Part shown: positions 45,139 to 54,382 of the stretch, piece by piece
Layout: each line of letters opens with the position of its first letter
Position numbering within the stretch: position 1 is the stretch's first letter
Assembly (NCBI GenBank): GCA_963815215.1
Contig: CAWFFU010000003.1
Coordinates: 1,056,001-1,120,000, forward strand
Length of the DNA: 64,000 bases
Origin: an uncultured Trueperaceae bacterium
GTDB lineage: Bacteria; Deinococcota; Deinococci; Deinococcales; Trueperaceae
Reading direction: 5' to 3'
Position numbers and translations under genes: made by a program
Notes under the pieces: generated by a model
The model's input: only the letters and a program-made list of their open reading frames with translations
Told to the model about the DNA's origin: nothing
Databases searched by the model: none

Positions 45139-47610
45139 TCACGCCTGCGCGGGACCGCGAGGGGGCGTAACCTCCTCGCGGCCGCGCTGCACCCTGGCGC
45201 GCGCCAGGGCCCGGCGCGGGTCCCCCGGGGGGAGGGCGCCGACGGCAGCCTCCCACAGCTCGAGATCGTCGTGAAGCCGATCGGCGAGATCGAAGAGCGC
45301 ATCCGGGTCGGCCGCGTCGAGAGCCGCCTGGCGGAGCTCCTCTTCCAGGATCCAGCGCTGTTCCTCCACGCCGAGCGCGTCGCTCTGGGGGAGGAGGGGG
45401 CCGCGCAGCAGCGTGATGGCCTCACGGACCCGCTTCTCGAGGAGGTGGCGCCGCGCCTGAAGGATGTCGGCGGTGTACGCCACGGTGAAGCGGTAGGGAG
45501 CGTCACTCACCGGAAGCAGCGCCCGGAGGCGGGTGAGCGTGGCCCGCATCCCGCTGGGCGACAACCCGGCCGTGCCATCGGGCGCCAAAAACGCGCTGAG
45601 CTCCTCGCGAGCCATCCCGTCGGGGTGGAGCGCCAGCGCCAGCGCGGTCTCCGCCAAGCGCGGCCCGAGCCCGATCTCCTTGCCGTCCAGGCGGCAGGAC
45701 ACGCGCCCTAGGAACTCCAGCCGCAGCTCGGCGCGTACCGGCACGAGCGTGTCCCAGACGATCTGGAAGGCCGAGGCCGGGCCGCTGAGCACGCGCAGGG
45801 CGACGCCGTCTAGCCCGCGAAGCGCCTCGGAGACATCGGCGGGAAGTCGGTGCCAGCCACCGGGATCGGCCAGCAGGTAGTGGAGGGCCCCCGAGAGGCG
45901 TTGCTCGGCGGGCAACGATCCGTCGAGCACGATCCCCAGCAGGTCGTCGACGGCGCCGGCGGCGTCGCCCTTCAGCGCTCGCACCATGCCTCGCGCCAGG
46001 ACCCCGAGACGGCCGGCATGCACGGAGGCATCGTCGCCGAGCTCGGCGGCGACCTCAGCCATGCGGGCGGCCTCGTCGTAACGCCCGAACTCGTTCAGGC
46101 AGCGCACGAGCTGGTAGGCATACCGCGTCCGAAGCGACCGCGGGCTGCCTTCGAAGGTCGCCCGCATCAGCTCCAACGCCACCTCCGGCCGGCCGCTAGC
46201 CTGTTCGAACCACCCGAGCGTGCTCCGGTACATCGCAGCAAGGTCAGGCAAGCTCCCCTCGATGGAGGCCTGACCGTCCTCCAGGCCACGCCGCAGGCCT
46301 GCCAGATCCCCGCTGAGGATGCGCGCCACCGCCAGGTTGTTGAATAGCATCAGACGGCGCGCGCCGTCCCGGAGGCCGTTCTGGTCGAACACCTGGAGCG
46401 CATACTCCGCCCAGGAGCGGCCGCGTTGGAACTGGCCCAGGTGCACCAGCCGGTCGGCCAGGACGCCGGCACTCCGTGCAACCTCGTACGGCGTGCCGGC
46501 CTGCTCCGCCAGGCGCACGCTCTCCTTGAGCACTTCGACCGCCCGGTGCGCATCGGGGTGCATCCGCCCGTATTGCCACAGCGTCAATGGCGTGCGCCGC
46601 GCCCGCACGGCGGCCTCGGCCAGCGGGAAGCCGGCCTCGCGCGGCAGCGTGCCCGCGCGGCGCGCGCGCAGCTCCGGGGCCGTGAACGCCTCCAGGTGGG
46701 TGTCGACTTCCTCGACCATGGTGCGCCACTCGTTGGTCGCGAAGGCAGCCAGGAAGCGCCACTCCAGCACACGCTCCAGAGACCGGTAGGGCTGGGGCAG
46801 GCTCGAGAGGAGCAGATGCAGCCTGGGGAGCGCGCCCTCGTCCTGATAGGCGGGGCCTGCCGAGCGCAGCAGGTCCTCCGCCATCTCCGGCGCGGCGCGC
46901 ACGGCCAGCTCGAGAGCGTCGACCGGGCGCCCCTCGCGCTGGAGCGCCAGCACCGCCAGCGGCACGTCGACGGCTTCGGCCCGGCGCCGCGGAAGCACCG
47001 GCCCGAGTGGCGTCGGGATGGGGAAGCGCGGCAGCTGCGCCCGTTCGTGACTGAGCGACAGGAGGTCGGTGAACCGCCCTCCTGTCGCACGTCGAATGGC
47101 CTCCAGCTCACCGGTGGAGAGGCCACCGGGAGCGATCATGGCTGCATCTTCGCGGGTCACGGCGAGCTCGGGCGGGCCCAGCACCAGGCACCGATCGAGA
47201 CCCTGCACCTCCGGCGGCACATCCGTCTCGAACCCCAGTAGCACGCGGTAGCCGAAGTCGGCGAGCTGCACCAGCTCAGCCGCGAAGGCGGGCGCGACAT
47301 CGGCTCCGGAAACCGCGATCCACAGCGGTTGAAGGTCGTGCCGATACTGCCGCAACGATCGCAGGTGCGCCCGGTAGGGCAAGGCGTGCGACAGGAGCGA
47401 CTCGCCGAGCTGCCGGTTCACCGCGCTCGCGAGAGCGTTGCCCTGCGCCACCGCGTCGTCGCGCGCGCGCTGAGACAGCGCGACCCAGGCCAGTCGCTCC
47501 TGCTCACCGAGCGCGTCGATGAGGAAGGGAACGCCGTAAGGCTCGCCACCGAGCAACGCCACCGGCCGTTCGCTGGCGACGATGCGATCGAGCTGACGCT
47601 TCAGCCACAC
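45139..47610 (-). CDS. Large regulator: degenerate MalT-like N-terminus, helical TPR-like core, C-terminal winged-helix/BTAD-like domain
   Basis: GGEPYGVP resembles a Walker A lacking Lys, then LAWVAL..DD. Helical repeats (LFNNLAVARILSGD). C-terminus LRLEFLG...ALALHPDG...LTRLR...RGPLLP. TATGCT lies 6 nt before GTG. Confidence 0.75.
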   Translation of the reverse strand: MWLKRQLDRIVASERPVALLGGEPYGVPFLIDALGEQERLAWVALSQRARDDAVAQGNALASAVNRQLGESLLSHALPYRAHLRSLRQYRHDLQPLWIAVSGADVAPAFAAELVQLADFGYRVLLGFETDVPPEVQGLDRCLVLGPPELAVTREDAAMIAPGGLSTGELEAIRRATGGRFTDLLSLSHERAQLPRFPIPTPLGPVLPRRRAEAVDVPLAVLALQREGRPVDALELAVRAAPEMAEDLLRSAGPAYQDEGALPRLHLLLSSLPQPYRSLERVLEWRFLAAFATNEWRTMVEEVDTHLEAFTAPELRARRAGTLPREAGFPLAEAAVRARRTPLTLWQYGRMHPDAHRAVEVLKESVRLAEQAGTPYEVARSAGVLADRLVHLGQFQRGRSWAEYALQVFDQNGLRDGARRLMLFNNLAVARILSGDLAGLRRGLEDGQASIEGSLPDLAAMYRSTLGWFEQASGRPEVALELMRATFEGSPRSLRTRYAYQLVRCLNEFGRYDEAARMAEVAAELGDDASVHAGRLGVLARGMVRALKGDAAGAVDDLLGIVLDGSLPAEQRLSGALHYLLADPGGWHRLPADVSEALRGLDGVALRVLSGPASAFQIVWDTLVPVRAELRLEFLGRVSCRLDGKEIGLGPRLAETALALALHPDGMAREELSAFLAPDGTAGLSPSGMRATLTRLRALLPVSDAPYRFTVAYTADILQARRHLLEKRVREAITLLRGPLLPQSDALGVEEQRWILEEELRQAALDAADPDALFDLADRLHDDLELWEAAVGALPPGDPRRALARARVQRGREEVTPPRGPAQA

Positions 47611-47809
47611 ATCAAGAGCATACCGGCACGGGCTCGGGCTCCCGCTCGTGCCGGCGCGCGGGCTGCGCCGCGCGTCTCCCGAGCGTCCGAGCGATCACGC
47701 GCGGGGAGTCTTGCGCCATCTCCCCTGCACCCCTCTTCCCCGGAAGGAGCGCGCAGCGGACGCGACCGCGCCTGACTCCGCGGTCGATGGTCGCGATCGA
47801 TCCTCGCGC

Positions 47810-48001
47810 TCAATCGCCCGAGGCGGCCGCCCCTTCGAACGACGCCGCAGCGACGGGCGGACGCTGGCTCGCCGCCGACCGCTCGCGACGGATCGCGTTG
47901 ACGGCCGAGAGCAGACCCAGCTCTCGGATCAGCACCTGGTCCCCGACGACATCGAACGACCACGTTCCCTCCAGTCGCTCGAGGGCTTCTTCTCGCGTCA
48001 T
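47810..48001 (-). CDS. 63-aa hypothetical protein
   Basis: AAGGAGG RBS 5 nt before ATG; MTREEALERLEGTWSFDVVGDQVLIRELG... Confidence 0.7.
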   Translation of the reverse strand: MTREEALERLEGTWSFDVVGDQVLIRELGLLSAVNAIRRERSAASQRPPVAAASFEGAAASGD

Positions 48002-48032
48002 ACCGACCTCCTTGTTCCTCTTCTCAAGGTGC

Positions 48033-48117
48033 AGGGTAGGCCCCGGAGCGCTCCACACCCGCTTCACCTCGAAACGGTGGGCTTGAAGCGGGGTTGAAGC
48101 GGCCCCCCACGTACGCT
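48033..48117. promoter_or_regulatory. Divergent promoter pair with TGAAGCGG direct repeats at 11-bp spacing
   Basis: Plus: TGAAGCGG at 48084 and 48095, then 9 nt, then TACGCT. Minus: TGAAGCGG (48059-66) and TGGAGCGC (48048-55), then 9 nt, then TACCCT. Confidence 0.7.
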
Positions 48118-48177
48118 CCAGCTAGCTTCACAGGGTCAGAGACAGAGGAGACCCACGGGGAACCCAAGGAGGACGTC

Positions 48178-48321
48178 GTGCCCACGCTCAAGAAGATGAT
48201 CCGTAGCCTCATCGTCGCGCTCGTGTTGATCGGCTCGGCCGCCGGCGGAGTCACCGTCGCCCACCAGAGCATGACGCTGGCTGACTCGGGGAGTCAGTCC
48301 GGCAACCTCGACGCCGGCTGA
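48178..48321 (+). CDS. 47-aa secreted propeptide (candidate signalling peptide)
   Basis: AAGGAGG RBS; MPTLKKMIRSLIVALVLIGSAAGGVTVAHQSMTLADSGSQSGNLDAG* has a basic n-region, a hydrophobic h-region and a short polar tail. Confidence 0.78.
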   Translation: MPTLKKMIRSLIVALVLIGSAAGGVTVAHQSMTLADSGSQSGNLDAG

Positions 48322-48420
48322 GCGTGCGGCACGGGGCGTAGCGCCCCATCGACTCGCGCCTCGCGGCCTATCGGTCGCGGGGCGCGTCGCCCCCTTGGGG
48401 AGGCGGGATCTTACACCGTC

Positions 48421-49224
48421 ATGAAGTACGACCCCATCCACGTTCGCTACCCCCGCCTGCAGGATCTGCGCTACCAGTTCCAGCCGATCGAGTCGGCCGG
48501 AGACGGGGTGGTGCGCTGGTACGAGGCGCTGGTGCGCTGGCACCTTCCCGACGGCACCGTGCGCGGGCCGTTGGACGTGCTCCCCTACTGGCTCACCCCG
48601 ACCCGCAGCGAGGCCTTCACGAGATTCACCGTGGCGCGCGCGGCGAACGCATTGCTCGGCTCGCCGGGCGCGCGCCTGAGCATCAACCTCAGCCCCGCAC
48701 AGGTCACGCAACCGGCGGCGATGCACGCCCTTCGCAGCCTCAACCCGGAGCTTCAGCAGCGTCTCGTGGTGGAACTCACCGAGCAGCAGATCCGGAACCT
48801 CGACGCCTACTGGCAAGGGCTCGAGGGCGTGCGCGAACACTGCGCGCTACTGTTGCTCGATGACGTGACCTTCGACGATCTCGACCACCGCTTCCGCAAG
48901 GGCGCCCCGGTCGATGGCATCAAGCTCGACCGCAGCTTGCTGCCCGCGCTCCTCGGCGGTACCTACCACCGGCGCGCCGTCGATCTGGTCGAAGATGCGC
49001 TCGATCGCTTCGGCATCGTGGTCGCCGAGGGCGTTGAGGACCCGACCGCGCGCCAGCAGCTCGCAGAGCTCGGCATCACCCATCTCCAGGGTTTCGGCAT
49101 CGGCACGCCCTCGGCCACCATCCCGCTCGAGGCTCCATCGGTCGAGGCCGATGCGGCTCCGGTCGGCGTCGAGCGGCCGCGCTCCGCCGACCGTTCGCGC
49201 CCGGGCTCGGCCCCAAGCGAGTAG
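48421..49224 (+). CDS. Stand-alone EAL-domain protein (c-di-GMP phosphodiesterase family)
   Basis: FQPI, YEALVRW, SINLS, VELTE, LDD, IKLDRS, VAEGVE, LQGF. Confidence 0.9.
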   Translation: MKYDPIHVRYPRLQDLRYQFQPIESAGDGVVRWYEALVRWHLPDGTVRGPLDVLPYWLTPTRSEAFTRFTVARAANALLGSPGARLSINLSPAQVTQPAAMHALRSLNPELQQRLVVELTEQQIRNLDAYWQGLEGVREHCALLLLDDVTFDDLDHRFRKGAPVDGIKLDRSLLPALLGGTYHRRAVDLVEDALDRFGIVVAEGVEDPTARQQLAELGITHLQGFGIGTPSATIPLEAPSVEADAAPVGVERPRSADRSRPGSAPSE

Positions 49225-49238
49225 GGCGACCGAGCGAG

Positions 49239-50072
49239 GTGTCGGGGGAAGACGAACAGAGCGGCCGCCGGACGTCGGGCGCCCGTTCGCAAGGTTCGCT
49301 CCGGGAGCGGGTCGAGCGCACGACGGCCTGGGGAGAGCTCCGGGTCGTGCGCGAGCTCTCCAGAGCGAACCGCAATCCCGTCCTGCTGGTGGAACTCGGC
49401 GGCGAGCCCTTCGTCGCCAGGGAGACGCGACGCAGCGCCGAGGCGCTGAGCTGGCTCGAGGCGGTGCACGCCCAGGCCCGTGAGGTCGGGCTCGTGACGC
49501 CGGACGCCGTGCGCAGTCGAGACGGGAACCTCGTGGAGGACGGCGTCTCGCTGCAACACTTCATCGAAGGTCGGCCCCCCGATGCGCAGAACCTCGCACG
49601 GCTGCGCAGCCTGCTGAGAAGCCTCCACGAGGCGACCCGCGGTGCCCGCCAGCGCCCGGGCTTCGCGTCCAGCGCTGCGTTGGTGCGCCAGCCGCGCGCG
49701 GGTGACATCGATCTGTCGACCATGCCGGCGGACGTGGTCGGGGCCTGCCGGGCCGCGTGGGAGCGCCTCGCCGACGCTCCGCGATCGGTCGTGCATGGGG
49801 ACCTCCGCCGTGAGAACATCCTGGTGACACCGGACGGAACCGTGGCCCTCGTCGACTGGGACGAGGCGCGTGTGGACGCCTCGATCCTCGACGAGGTCGC
49901 CCTGTCCATCGCACTCGGCGGCCGCCCGCGGCCGGGGTGGGAAGCCGCCGAGACCGCGCTGCGGGCCTGGGAGGTCGCGTCCTGCTGGGGTCTAGAGCCG
50001 AACTACGCGCGCCGCCTGGCCGCCCGCCTGCCGGACCTGTTCGGAGGCGACGGCGCCGCTACCACCCCATGA
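49239..50072 (+). CDS. APH/choline kinase-like phosphotransferase
   Basis: VHGDLRRENIL and LVDWDEA motifs. Confidence 0.85.
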   Translation: MSGEDEQSGRRTSGARSQGSLRERVERTTAWGELRVVRELSRANRNPVLLVELGGEPFVARETRRSAEALSWLEAVHAQAREVGLVTPDAVRSRDGNLVEDGVSLQHFIEGRPPDAQNLARLRSLLRSLHEATRGARQRPGFASSAALVRQPRAGDIDLSTMPADVVGACRAAWERLADAPRSVVHGDLRRENILVTPDGTVALVDWDEARVDASILDEVALSIALGGRPRPGWEAAETALRAWEVASCWGLEPNYARRLAARLPDLFGGDGAATTP

Positions 50073-50074
50073 AA

Positions 50075-50119
50075 AAGGGTTCCCGCCCGGGGGAGACGAC
50101 GCCCCGGGCGGGAACCCTT
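50075..50119. terminator. Hairpin terminator between convergent genes
   Basis: AAGGGTTCCCGCCCGGGG...CCCCGGGCGGGAACCCTT, with an A-run on the left (U-tract on the minus strand). Confidence 0.8.
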
Positions 50120-50141
50120 GCGATGAGGAGGACGGGTCGGG

Positions 50142-50726
50142 TCAGCGATTGGGCGGGCTGAAGCGTGTGCCGGGCTGGTGGATGCCCATGCCGGGACCGC
50201 CCCGGTTGCCCGACTGCCAGCCCTGGCCGGCGCCGCGTTGCGCCTGCGCGCCCATGGGGCTGCGGTCGCCACTCATGGCCGCCGAGCCGAACATTCCGCC
50301 GGCACGAGGGCCGAGCTCGCGGGTGAGCATGGAAGCGATGGTGGTCGGGGTGCGGCTCTTCATCTGCGCGGCCCGCTGCGCGTCCAACGTGCCCGCCGCT
50401 ACCGCGGCATCGATGCGCGCGTCGCGCTCCGCCACGAGCGTAGCGCTGGCGCCGGCGGTCGTGAGACCGTGCTCGACCAGCAGGTCGGCAACGGTCTTGC
50501 CGCTCTGGCGCTCGGCCACGAGGGCGTCTTCAGAGATCCCGAGCAACGCCGCGAGGTCGGCGTGCGATCCGCCGACGATGCCGGCGACCGGGCCGCGGGT
50601 GCCGGCGGTGGTGCCCTGCGGGCCGGCGAAACGCTGAGCCGTGCGGGGTCCGTAGGCGAGCGCCATCGACGCAACGAGTGCGGCGGCGAGCGCGAGGCTG
50701 AGGGCGAGGGTCCGGTTCCGGATCAT
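50142..50726 (-). CDS. Secreted Gly-rich hypothetical protein
   Basis: Signal peptide, LAALLGISEDAL..GKTVADL and AVAAGTLDAQRA patterns, GAAGGAG RBS. Confidence 0.75.
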   Translation of the reverse strand: MIRNRTLALSLALAAALVASMALAYGPRTAQRFAGPQGTTAGTRGPVAGIVGGSHADLAALLGISEDALVAERQSGKTVADLLVEHGLTTAGASATLVAERDARIDAAVAAGTLDAQRAAQMKSRTPTTIASMLTRELGPRAGGMFGSAAMSGDRSPMGAQAQRGAGQGWQSGNRGGPGMGIHQPGTRFSPPNR

Positions 50727-50888
50727 GGTGGTCTCCTTCGGAGGGACCCTGGGTGGTTCGACGCGGGTCCCGATCTCGTCCGTAGCGTAGGTCCGTGCGC
50801 GGGAAGGTTGGGAGGAGGGTTCGTGAACGATCGACGAAGGGCCGGAGGGCGCAGTGGCCGGCGACGCATCACGGTAGGCTGGGCGCCG

Positions 50889-51665
50889 ATGACGGACGTG
50901 CTCGTTCTCGCCCAGGTGATCCTCGCCGCCGGCCTGATCGTGGTCGGCGGGATGGTGGAGGGGTATGGCTACGGCCTTTCGCTCGGCACGCGCTGGCCCT
51001 ACACGCGCAACATCGCGGGGCTGGCGTTCGCCGGTGACCCCGAAGCCTGGCACCGGATCATCGCTACGCTGCTCGGCCTCAACGCCCTCGCCATCCTGGC
51101 GCTGCACCCCGGCGCGCTGTCCTGGACCGGTCTCGGCCTCATCGTCTTCACCGCTCTGCTCGGCATGGCGACGCTCTTCGTACTGGCCGGCAAGGCTCCC
51201 TCCCCGCTGCAGGGTCTCCACGGCCTTCTCGCCTACTCGACCCTGTTCACCTACCTGCTGATCCTGACGCACGGACCCGGCCTCGGGTTCTACCTGGAGA
51301 CGGGCGTGCCTCTGCACTCCTTCCTGCTGGTGATCTTCATGGGAGGCGTGGTCACGGGGCAGCGGGGGTTCGGCAAGGCCATCGGCGTGTTCACCTGGCC
51401 GCGCTCCCTGGCCCAGTGGGCGTGGATCGTGCACGGCCTGGCGGTCCTGCTGTTCCTGCTCACGCTGGCCTACGAAACGCCGACGAACAACGTCGCCCTG
51501 CTGTTCCTTCTGGCACAGGTCGGGCTCGGCTTCCTCACGTTCCAGGCCGTCAACGCTTCCTCCGAACGACCCGGCGCGTTGGTCCCCTTCCATCAGCTCC
51601 TGTCCGTCGGGATCGCGATCGCGCTGTTCTACCACCTCCAGGTCCACGTGCCCTGGCTCGGCTGA
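50889..51665 (+). CDS. Heme A synthase-like (COX15/CtaA family) membrane protein
   Basis: EAWHR motif, several intramembrane His residues, about 8 TM helices. Confidence 0.6.
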   Translation: MTDVLVLAQVILAAGLIVVGGMVEGYGYGLSLGTRWPYTRNIAGLAFAGDPEAWHRIIATLLGLNALAILALHPGALSWTGLGLIVFTALLGMATLFVLAGKAPSPLQGLHGLLAYSTLFTYLLILTHGPGLGFYLETGVPLHSFLLVIFMGGVVTGQRGFGKAIGVFTWPRSLAQWAWIVHGLAVLLFLLTLAYETPTNNVALLFLLAQVGLGFLTFQAVNASSERPGALVPFHQLLSVGIAIALFYHLQVHVPWLG

Positions 51666-51851
51666 GGCCGCCTCTCCCGAGGACCGTTGAACCGGCCGAC
51701 GTCGGCGCCTTGCAGGGCCTGCAGGCGACCGTACGATCGGCTCAAGCCACGCGCGCTCCCCCTACCGACACTGATGAAGCGGCGCGCACCGGGACAACCC
51801 GGAACGCCCACGCCCCGGCGCTCTACAATCCAGCCACGGCAGGAGGCAGCC

Positions 51852-53501
51852 ATGGAGTTCCAGTCCTATGCGTACGGCACCAACGCCTGGCTACGCGACC
51901 CCGACCTGAAGGCGGTCCTGCGCGGCGTCTGGCCGGCGATGGCCGAGCATGAAGAGGCGCTCTCCGCCTTCGGCAACCTCGCCAACGGCGAGGCCTATGA
52001 GGTCGCCTACCACGTCGATCACGGTGCGCAGCCGGTGCTGGTCAGTCACGACCTCGACGGCAACCGCATCGACCGCGTCCGCCTCAGCCCCGCGCAGCGC
52101 GCGTTGATGCCGAAGCTGGCGCCGATGATGCGGCCGCCGTTCGAAGGCGGGAGCTGGCACCACCACTTCGCGCTGGGCTACCTGCTGGCCGACCCCGGCC
52201 TGTATTGCGTCCTCACCATCACGCTGCAGACGGCGTACGCGCTCCACAAGTACGCGCCCGAACACGAGGACCTGAAGCAGGCGCTCCTCGGCCTGGACGT
52301 CTACGGTGCCACCTGGATGACGGAGAACCAGGGTGGCAGCGACCTCGGTTCCAACCGCACCGTGGCCCGACGCGACGGTGACGGCTGGCGGCTCGAGGGT
52401 GGGGACAAGTACTTCGCGAGTGGCGCGGGACTGACCGACGTCGCCGTCGTCACCGCCCGGCCGGAGGGAGCGCCGGCCGGCCCCAAGGGGCTTGCGCTGT
52501 TCCTGGTCCCGCGGCTCGACGCGGCGGGCGCGCTCAACTTCCGCGTCCGGCGGCTCAAGGACAAGAGCGCCACGCGCGCCGTTCCCTCCGGCGAGGTCGA
52601 GCTCGAGGGCAGCCGTGCGGAGCGGATCGGTCGAGCCGACGAGGGCATCTACTACACGCTCGAGACCCTCACCGTCTCACGCCTCGCGAACGCCGTCGCC
52701 AGCATGGGTATCGCACGCAAGGCGGCGCAGGAGGTCGAGGAGCGGGTGCGCCGGCGCCGCGCGTTCGGGCGGCCCCTGCTCGAGCACCCCCTCGTCCGCC
52801 GCGACCTCGTCGATATCGCGGTTCGCCAGGCAGGGGGGCTTGCCCTCGCGTTCCAGGCCGTCGACGCCTTCGATCGTGCCTGGCACGAACGCCCGCCGTA
52901 CTCGGGCGACTACCACTACGCACGCCTTCTCGGGCACCTCGCGAAGAACCGCACCGCCGATCACGCCGCCGAGGTGACGCGGCTCGCCATGGAGCTGTTC
53001 GGCGGGCTCGGCTTCCTGGAGGAGTACGCCGTGGCGCGCTGGCACCGCGAGGCCCTGATCACGCCCATCTGGGAGGGACCGAGCAACATCCAGGCCCTCG
53101 ACCTGCTCGAGGTGATGGACAAGAAGGGGGCCCATCTCCCCTTCGCCGACGCCATGCGCGGGCTCCTTGGCACGGCCGCGACGCCCGAAGCGCAGCTCGC
53201 CTCACGAGTGCTCGACGACAGCCTGGCATCGCTCGCGGGCCTCGATGCCCTGCAGGCGCAGTGGTTCGGCAAGGATCTGTTGGCACGCCTGGCGGACGTC
53301 GCCCAGGTGGCGTTCCTGTATGCCCTCGATGCTGGGCGGGGCGGGCGCTACGGGAAGCTGGCCGCGCTCTACGCCGCCCGCTTCCTGCGACACGAGCCCT
53401 ACCCGGCCTGGGCGATGAACGACCCGGACGTACTCGCGCTCGCACCCGCCCCCGTCCGAACATCGGGAGGCTCAGGACGCCTCGACGACCTCGCTTCGTA
53501 G
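51852..53501 (+). CDS. Acyl-CoA dehydrogenase (AidB-like)
   Basis: MTENQGGSD, RRLKDK, GGLGFLEE, PIWEG. Confidence 0.9.
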   Translation: MEFQSYAYGTNAWLRDPDLKAVLRGVWPAMAEHEEALSAFGNLANGEAYEVAYHVDHGAQPVLVSHDLDGNRIDRVRLSPAQRALMPKLAPMMRPPFEGGSWHHHFALGYLLADPGLYCVLTITLQTAYALHKYAPEHEDLKQALLGLDVYGATWMTENQGGSDLGSNRTVARRDGDGWRLEGGDKYFASGAGLTDVAVVTARPEGAPAGPKGLALFLVPRLDAAGALNFRVRRLKDKSATRAVPSGEVELEGSRAERIGRADEGIYYTLETLTVSRLANAVASMGIARKAAQEVEERVRRRRAFGRPLLEHPLVRRDLVDIAVRQAGGLALAFQAVDAFDRAWHERPPYSGDYHYARLLGHLAKNRTADHAAEVTRLAMELFGGLGFLEEYAVARWHREALITPIWEGPSNIQALDLLEVMDKKGAHLPFADAMRGLLGTAATPEAQLASRVLDDSLASLAGLDALQAQWFGKDLLARLADVAQVAFLYALDAGRGGRYGKLAALYAARFLRHEPYPAWAMNDPDVLALAPAPVRTSGGSGRLDDLAS

Positions 53502-54083
53502 CAGCCGGAGCGAGCGCTCCCAACGCACCAGCTCGTCGAGCATGGCGTCCGCCGCCTGCTCCATCGTCTCGTTGGCCCGGATCCGCCCGTCCTCATCGAG
53601 GAACTGCTTCACGAACGGGATCGACACGGCCTCGACCATGGGCGTCATCTTCAGGGTGGTGAGCACCTGCTTCAGCATCTGGGCGGCGCGTGTTCCGGCG
53701 GCCACGCCGCCGTAGCTCACGATCCCGGCGGGCTTGTACGCCCACTCCCGGTGGAGGAAGTCGATCGCGTTCTTCAGGGGCGCGGTGAAACCGAAGTTGT
53801 ACTCGGGCGTCACGAACACGAACGCGTCCGCACGTTGGACGCGCGCGCTCCAGGCCCTGGTGTGCTGGTGTTGGTAGCGTTGCAGGCGGGGGTGCTGGGG
53901 CTCGTCGAAGAAGGGCAGATCGACCTCGGCCAGGTCCACCCACTCGACCTCGAAGCCACCGTGCTCCACGGCACGCTGATAGAACCATTCACCCACCGGC
54001 AGCCCTACACGGCCGGGACGCGTGCTCGCCACGACGACATGGAGCCTGGGAACGTAGGTCGTGGAATCTGAACGATCGGTCAT
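53472..54083 (-). CDS. NAD(P)H-dependent FMN reductase
   Basis: STRPGRVG, TPEYN, LKNAID, SYGG. Confidence 0.93.
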   Translation of the reverse strand: MTDRSDSTTYVPRLHVVVASTRPGRVGLPVGEWFYQRAVEHGGFEVEWVDLAEVDLPFFDEPQHPRLQRYQHQHTRAWSARVQRADAFVFVTPEYNFGFTAPLKNAIDFLHREWAYKPAGIVSYGGVAAGTRAAQMLKQVLTTLKMTPMVEAVSIPFVKQFLDEDGRIRANETMEQAADAMLDELVRWERSLRLLRSEVVEAS

Positions 54084-54382
54084 GCGCTCTCCTTCGGTAC
54101 CGGGTCCCGTGACGCAGGGAGCTCGGGGGGCGAGCTCGGCGGCCGCCGGATGCTGGGGCCCGTGGCGCCACCGTCCGACGTTATCGCCTTCCGTGGCGGC
54201 GGGGGTATCGCCACACACACGCTTCGCCTCGGGGCGCTCATGCCACGTACGCCCGGCTGGCCGGCCCGCACTCTGGTACCTTGGCAAACGGTATCGGGGG
54301 GCATAGCGCCGCACCCTCGAGTACGGCCTGCCACGTTCGAACCGCCCTGGGGTTCGGGCGGGAGCGCCAGGAGAGAGGCGAC

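Noticed and set aside
54090..54380. GGCAAAC in the intergenic region as a c-di-GMP-I riboswitch
   Set aside because: No GNRA-capped P2 or GCAAAGC/receptor elements follow.
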